A DNA stretch of 32,000 bases from Bdellovibrionales bacterium (GTDB lineage: Bacteria > Bdellovibrionota > Bdellovibrionia > Bdellovibrionales > UBA1609), in the NCBI GenBank assembly GCA_965247685.1, contig OZ252021.1, positions 330,001-362,000 on the forward strand. Reading direction: 5' to 3'. The position numbers and the translations under genes are program-made. This document shows, piece after piece, positions 27,553 through 32,000 of the stretch. Below the pieces are notes generated by a model that was not told where the DNA came from, did not search any database, and was given only the letters and a program-made list of their open reading frames with translations. Every line of letters starts with the position of its first letter. The first letter of the stretch is position 1.

Positions 27553-28551
27553 ATGAAACATCTAGCTATTGTAGGAGCGACTGGATTAGTAGGGCGTCAA
27601 TTTCTGAATTTGATGCAGAAAAAAAATATTATCCCCGAAAAACTTTCTCTTTTTGCTTCAGAAAAAAGCAAAGGGAAATCTATAGAATATAATAACACTC
27701 CTTATCCCCTGCAAACTCTAAAACCTCAATGTTTTAAAGGCATTGATATTGCTTTCTTCTCCGCAGGAGGAGCTGTCAGTCAAGAATGGGGGCCTCAAGC
27801 AGTAAAAGACGGAGCCATTGTTATAGATAACTCCTCTACCTTTCGAATGCAAAAAGACGTCCCTTTGGTTGTACCAGAAATTAATTCTCACCATATTCAA
27901 CCCTCAACTCGCCTTATTGCGAACCCTAACTGTTCGACTATTCAAATGGTTATAGTTCTCCAGCCTCTTCACCAAGCTTTCGGACTAGAATCTGTTCAAG
28001 TGGCTACTTATCAGTCTGCAAGTGGAGCTGGAGCTTCTCTTGTCGAACAGCTTAAAAAAGACAGCTTGGCTCTATTGAACGGCGTCTCCCCACCTTCTGG
28101 CTCCTTGGCCTTTAATTGTATCCCTCAAATAGGAGAAATTCGAGATGACGGGTTTTCCCTTGAAGATGTCAAAATGCAAGAGGAAACCAAAAAAATTTTA
28201 GAGCTTTATGATTTATCGATCACTGCTTTTACAGTACGCGTTCCTACTTTAGTGAGTCATGGCGAAGTAGTCTGGACTCATTTTAAAAAAGCTCCTCAAA
28301 ATAGGAATCAAATCATAGAAGCTTTACAGCAACAAAGAGGTTTAAAAGTGATGCCTAGTGTAGGAGAATACCCTGACAATCGCACAACGACTCTCCAAGA
28401 AGATGTTTTTGTGGGTCGCATTCACCAAGACCCTCAGCATCCTCAAACTTGTCTTATGTGGGTGAGTGCAGACAATCTACTGAAAGGTGCAGCTTTAAAT
28501 GGGTTACAAATTGCTCAATTTTTAATGGACAATCCTGATAAAACATCATAG
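27553..28551 (+). CDS. asd: Aspartate-semialdehyde dehydrogenase
   Basis: 332 aa with Rossmann N-terminus VGATGLVGR, active-site Cys block IANPNCSTIQ, and QSASGAG. Confidence 0.95.
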   Translation: MKHLAIVGATGLVGRQFLNLMQKKNIIPEKLSLFASEKSKGKSIEYNNTPYPLQTLKPQCFKGIDIAFFSAGGAVSQEWGPQAVKDGAIVIDNSSTFRMQKDVPLVVPEINSHHIQPSTRLIANPNCSTIQMVIVLQPLHQAFGLESVQVATYQSASGAGASLVEQLKKDSLALLNGVSPPSGSLAFNCIPQIGEIRDDGFSLEDVKMQEETKKILELYDLSITAFTVRVPTLVSHGEVVWTHFKKAPQNRNQIIEALQQQRGLKVMPSVGEYPDNRTTTLQEDVFVGRIHQDPQHPQTCLMWVSADNLLKGAALNGLQIAQFLMDNPDKTS

Positions 28552-28559
28552 TAAAAGTT

Positions 28560-29207
28560 ATGCTTCGATTCTTCTTCAAAAAATACTTCATTTTTTTACT
28601 CTTGTTTTTTTCATCTGGTATACAAGCACAAAGTTTGAGCCCTAGGGGATCGATCACTTTACCCACCTTCTTTCCTTTGAAGAACGCTCAGACATTTGAC
28701 GAAACATCTTTTTATCTAAGTTCTGTCCACTACTCTATAACACTGACTTCCTATCTTCCAGAACACATCCAAAAAATGACCAGCCGCTGGAATTTCAGCC
28801 TTGGAGCCTCATGGGTTCATGGTTTTCCTTTAGCAGAGAGTGGAGAAAAACTCCCCTCGTACCTTCCTGCATTTGTAGATGCAGGTCTGCAATGGGAACT
28901 TGATTATTTACCCATATTTATTACGCCTGTTTTAGGTTTGAGTTATGTGGTAAAAAATCCATTTCAAGCAGAAAAAAGGGATGCTTTTTTACCTGAGGCC
29001 TTGATACCAAAATACTTTTATCTCTTAAGAGCCGGAATATTTTTAAGCTTTGATATTCTTAATCGATACTCTTCCAAAAAACTGCAACATGAATATAACA
29101 TTCAAGACATGGGGGTTTATGCAGAGTATCGGAAGTATATTCCTGTTCAAGCAACAAGCTCCTTTAAAATCCAAGGATGGGGTTTTGGTTTAATTATATT
29201 TTTTTAA
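28560..29207 (+). CDS. Small outer-membrane beta-barrel protein (putative)
   Basis: Signal peptide MLRFFFKKYFIFLLLFFSSGIQA. The sequence has alternating amphipathic strands and a C-terminal GWGFGLIIFF (terminal Phe). Confidence 0.5.
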   Translation: MLRFFFKKYFIFLLLFFSSGIQAQSLSPRGSITLPTFFPLKNAQTFDETSFYLSSVHYSITLTSYLPEHIQKMTSRWNFSLGASWVHGFPLAESGEKLPSYLPAFVDAGLQWELDYLPIFITPVLGLSYVVKNPFQAEKRDAFLPEALIPKYFYLLRAGIFLSFDILNRYSSKKLQHEYNIQDMGVYAEYRKYIPVQATSSFKIQGWGFGLIIFF

Positions 29208-29212
29208 AAACC

Positions 29213-29983
29213 ATGAGAATTCGATTACTGCTATCCTACGATGGGACTCTCTATAAAGGCTGGCAAAAACAAAAAGACTCCTCACTTACTATTCAACACC
29301 AGATAGAAAAAGCTCTTTTTCAAATAACGAATCAAAAAATTTCAGTAATTGGTTCTGGAAGGACGGATGCAGGAGTTCATGCTTTAGGGCAAACAGCTCA
29401 CTGTGACATTCCACAAATTCAAAATTTATCTTCACTTCGCAAAAGCTTAAATGTACTCACTCCCTCTGATATTTCATGTCATCAGATATGGAAAACTCCA
29501 AGTGATTTTCACGCACAAATATCTGCTCAAAAAAGAACTTATACTTACATGATATGGAACACCCAAACTCCAAGCGCCCTCAACAGAAACTTTGGCTATT
29601 GGTATCCACACCCTATTAATCACAAGAGGCTACAAAGTATGGCTCATTTTCTTTTAGGAGAAAAAGATTTTACAAGTTTTCAAAACAAAGGAAGTACAGT
29701 TCAAAGCACAGTTAAACATATCTATGGATGCCGTTGGTTGTGGATCAATTCTCAAGTCCTGGTTTTTCAAATATGCGGAAATAGTTTTTTAAAGCAAATG
29801 GTTCGAAATCTAGTGGGGACGCAATTTGTTTTGATGAGAAAACCTGAAAGTTTGAAATTATTGCAAAAAATTTTCGATGCTAAAGATAGGAAAACAGCCT
29901 TCAAGACGGCTCCTGCTAAAGGATTATTTTTAAATCATATTTCTTATCCATTGTCTCTTGACAAAAAATGTCAAAAACTTTAA
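29213..29983 (+). CDS. truA: tRNA pseudouridine(38-40) synthase
   Basis: MRIRLLLSYDGTLYKGWQKQ N-terminus and catalytic-Asp block GSGRTDAGVHA. I prefer ATG 29213 over the track start 29177, which would overlap the upstream gene. Confidence 0.92.
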   Translation: MRIRLLLSYDGTLYKGWQKQKDSSLTIQHQIEKALFQITNQKISVIGSGRTDAGVHALGQTAHCDIPQIQNLSSLRKSLNVLTPSDISCHQIWKTPSDFHAQISAQKRTYTYMIWNTQTPSALNRNFGYWYPHPINHKRLQSMAHFLLGEKDFTSFQNKGSTVQSTVKHIYGCRWLWINSQVLVFQICGNSFLKQMVRNLVGTQFVLMRKPESLKLLQKIFDAKDRKTAFKTAPAKGLFLNHISYPLSLDKKCQKL

Positions 29984-29995
29984 AAACATTTGTCT

Positions 29996-30412
29996 ATGTC
30001 AGAACAAGAAAGAAATTGGCATCTCATTGATGCTAAGAATATGGTGCTGGGACGTTTAGCTGTTCAGGTTGCTCGACTTCTTCGTGGCAAGCACAAATTA
30101 GACTGGGCTCCCTACAAAGATAACGGAGACTTTGTGATACTCATTAATGCTGATCATATTTATCTTTCTGGAAATAAATGGGCGAATAAATCTTATTACT
30201 CTCATTCTCGATATGTGGGATCTTTAAAAGAGAAAAAAGCTTCTCATCTTTCTCCAGAGCTTCTTATTAAAAAAACGGTAACTGGTATGCTTCCAAAAAA
30301 TAAATTAAGAGATCGTATGATGAAAAAACTAAAAGTTTATTCTCAAAGTGAACATCCTCATTCCGCTCAAAATCCGCAGGTCTACTCTTTAAAGGATTCA
30401 TCTCGTGACTAA
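29996..30412 (+). CDS. rplM: 50S ribosomal protein L13
   Basis: WHLIDAKNMVLGRLA...LRGKHK...TGMLPKN. I prefer ATG 29996 to TTG 29990. Confidence 0.95.
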   Translation: MSEQERNWHLIDAKNMVLGRLAVQVARLLRGKHKLDWAPYKDNGDFVILINADHIYLSGNKWANKSYYSHSRYVGSLKEKKASHLSPELLIKKTVTGMLPKNKLRDRMMKKLKVYSQSEHPHSAQNPQVYSLKDSSRD

Positions 30413-30794
30413 ATCATTGTATAGCACAGGTCGCAGAAAAACCTCTTCTGCTCGTGTATTTTTAAAACCAGGTAAAGGTCTGATGCAGATCAATAAAAAA
30501 CCTGTTAACAAATATTTTCCTTATCTACAGCAGCAAAAGACTGTTCAAGCTCCTCTTAAACTCACTCAAACTTCTCAAGAAGTAGATGTAAAAATTACAG
30601 TGAAAGGAGGAGGTATTACTGGACAATGCGAAGCTATTCGACATGGCTTATCTCGAGCTTTGATTGAGTACTCTGCTTCTCATAGAGAAATTTTGAAAAA
30701 AAATGGATTCCTCACTCGTGATCCTAGAAGTGTGGAAAGAAAAAAATACGGGCGGCATAAGGCTCGAAAAAGCACACAATTTTCTAAACGATAA
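30405..30794 (+). CDS. rpsI: 30S ribosomal protein S9
   Basis: YSTGRRKTSSARVFLKPGKG and C-terminal ERKKYGRHKARKSTQFSKR. The GTG start overlaps the rplM end by 8 nt. Confidence 0.95.
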   Translation: MTKSLYSTGRRKTSSARVFLKPGKGLMQINKKPVNKYFPYLQQQKTVQAPLKLTQTSQEVDVKITVKGGGITGQCEAIRHGLSRALIEYSASHREILKKNGFLTRDPRSVERKKYGRHKARKSTQFSKR

Positions 30795-30840
30795 TTCCAA
30801 ATTATTCTACTCCGACATAGGAGCGATATACATAAGCATC

Positions 30841-32000
30841 TTATTCGCCGATAGAGGATAGGTCGTTTCTTGAAGACTCTTTTTCATAATAATAACGAAG
30901 ATTCACATTAGACCCTTCAGGTAAAACTTGAGAAAAAGAAATAGAGTTTTCTTTTTTGTTTTTAGTCCATTCTGTCTCTATAATATTTCCAGACTTATCG
31001 GTTACCTCAACATCGATGGACACTGTATTAGAAGAATAAGGGGGAAATGCTAAAAATATCTCATTCACGCCTCTAAGCAACTGATTAGAAATCTTTCTAA
31101 AAGCTGGAGAATAATCCTCAGCACAGATATCTATGTTCATTCCTTGAGTTTGAGTCACCAATTGATTGAGCTCTGTTGAATAACCTGTATCCCAAGTGTC
31201 TTGCTTATTTAGACAACTTTGACTTTGAATAGATACGCCATACACAACCATTTCCTTATCTGTTTTACGAACACCAAAATTATCTGAAAATTGACGAAGA
31301 ACATCTTGTGTTGTTGTTGCATTTTCCTGATCCTCTTTTCTTTCAGCTTCTTCTGTCACAACAAAAAAGACTAATTGAGAGTTATCTCTAAAAACTCCAG
31401 ACTGAGAATGCCTTTCAATTACTGACTGCATAACTCTTAAAGGCTGCTCATGACTGCCTTGACAATAAGGAGGCCAGAGACAAGGATTCACATCATCTCT
31501 TTCTATAGTTTGATAAAAAACATGTTCATACAAAGGAACAGTAGAATCTAAAAATTTACGATTCAGAATTTTTTTATTTAACTGAAGGGGCATAAATCTC
31601 CCAAACTTAGGCTCCTCACCCTCATAGTCTTGCCAAACAGCAGACTGAGGAAACTCTTGATAGCCCTCTGGACAATAGAACTTCCATTCACCAGGTGATA
31701 CCATTTTTTTTCTAAGCTTGTCAGGAGTACAATAATACGTATGATCTCCATGATCTGCTGTAGTAAAATATATACGCCAATCTAAGTGACGAATAGAAGA
31801 AATTAGGGATTGGAAACCTGAGCTGATTTTTGAAAAATTATCTGCCGTAGATGGAGAAACATCTAAAATAAATACAATATCTACAGGAGAAAAAGTCCAA
31901 TTTTCTACTTTATATTCTTCAGTAAACTTGAATAAACATCTAGATTCTTCTACATAATCACAATTCTCAGAGAGCACTATAGGTTTAGAGTTTGGAGGCT
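30841..32000 (-). CDS. Cys-rich von Willebrand factor A (vWA)-like protein, probably secreted; N-terminus may lie beyond the right edge
   Basis: The beta-strand VDIVFIL is followed by the MIDAS-type DxSxS motif DVSPS (Asp at 31861-31863). The track start is GTG 31977, but the frame stays open to position 32000. Confidence 0.6.
   Translation of the reverse strand, partial: PPNSKPIVLSENCDYVEESRCLFKFTEEYKVENWTFSPVDIVFILDVSPSTADNFSKISSGFQSLISSIRHLDWRIYFTTADHGDHTYYCTPDKLRKKMVSPGEWKFYCPEGYQEFPQSAVWQDYEGEEPKFGRFMPLQLNKKILNRKFLDSTVPLYEHVFYQTIERDDVNPCLWPPYCQGSHEQPLRVMQSVIERHSQSGVFRDNSQLVFFVVTEEAERKEDQENATTTQDVLRQFSDNFGVRKTDKEMVVYGVSIQSQSCLNKQDTWDTGYSTELNQLVTQTQGMNIDICAEDYSPAFRKISNQLLRGVNEIFLAFPPYSSNTVSIDVEVTDKSGNIIETEWTKNKKENSISFSQVLPEGSNVNLRYYYEKESSRNDLSSIGE

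Noticed and set aside
1519-28666. 23 short ORFs in the track are nested inside or antisense to larger genes: 1519-1716, 2676-3113, 3180-3395, 6858-7058, 12071-12316, 12600-12785, 12958-13155, 13039-13341, 13106-13321, 14095-14280, 15733-15972, 16678-16872, 19626-19979, 19636-19854, 20555-20842, 20843-21031, 24616-24807, 24847-25032, 25605-25790, 25622-25906, 26210-26428, 27718-27900 and 28454-28666.
   Set aside because: Each lies fully within, or mostly opposite to, a gene with strong family signatures. Their translations are low-complexity or shadow-frame-like with no recognisable motifs. They are typical spurious ORFs of an AT-rich genome.
1993-29983. The ORF track gives long N-terminal extensions from TTG/GTG/ATG starts for dksA (2409), lipA (25998), the DsbA-like gene (26746), the 26814 ORF, truA (29177), rplM (29990) and the 23760 ORF.
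   Set aside because: The extensions lack RBSs, overlap upstream genes, or add residues not seen at the conserved N-termini of these families. Internal starts fit better. The starts remain predictions.
1-32000. I looked for tRNA, rRNA, CRISPR repeats, riboswitches (FMN near ribE, purine near purD, THF near folA) and IS elements.
   Set aside because: All intergenic regions are about 260 nt or shorter. None showed T-loop/acceptor-stem patterns (a GGTTCGATTC at about 2083 lies within dksA and has no complementary stem), regularly spaced repeats, or conserved riboswitch cores that I could recognise by eye. A covariance-model scan (Infernal/Rfam, tRNAscan-SE) would be the decisive check.

Overview
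This is a visibly AT-rich bacterial chromosomal segment. I can support 34 protein-coding genes, two of them cut by the window edges. I recognised no rRNA, tRNA, CRISPR array, transposase or integrase. Most genes are housekeeping: arginase-family ureohydrolase, DksA-like factor, CaCA antiporter, ribE, divIVA, aconitase, thyA-folA, purD, aldo/keto reductase, lipA plus an orphan 2-oxoacid dehydrogenase E2, DsbA-like oxidoreductase, asd, truA and rplM-rpsI. Two modules are not ordinary. (1) 4938-10884 holds five translationally coupled genes: an orphan TadC-like (T2SS-F family) platform protein, a DUF192 protein, and three membrane-anchored proteins carrying four FHA domains in total. No ATPase, secretin, pilin or Ser/Thr kinase lies in the window. 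(2) 18410-22317 is a tightly packed operon of lipoprotein, 92-aa HNH nuclease, Top6B and Top6A. It encodes an apparently intact archaeal/eukaryotic-type topoisomerase VI with an unexpected nuclease partner. Other notable points: ExbB-type and ExbD-type stator genes lie 11 kb apart instead of adjacent. An unknown protein with a degenerate PP2C-like pattern sits between the E2 gene and exbB. The DksA has only 2 of the 4 zinc-finger cysteines. A Cys-rich vWA protein runs off the right edge. The K/N/S/Q-rich protein style and the gene content (Tad/FHA genes, several lipoproteins, ExbB/ExbD-family genes, short mitochondrial-type aconitase) are compatible with a Bdellovibrio-like/Oligoflexia-type organism. 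That taxonomic guess is inference only.
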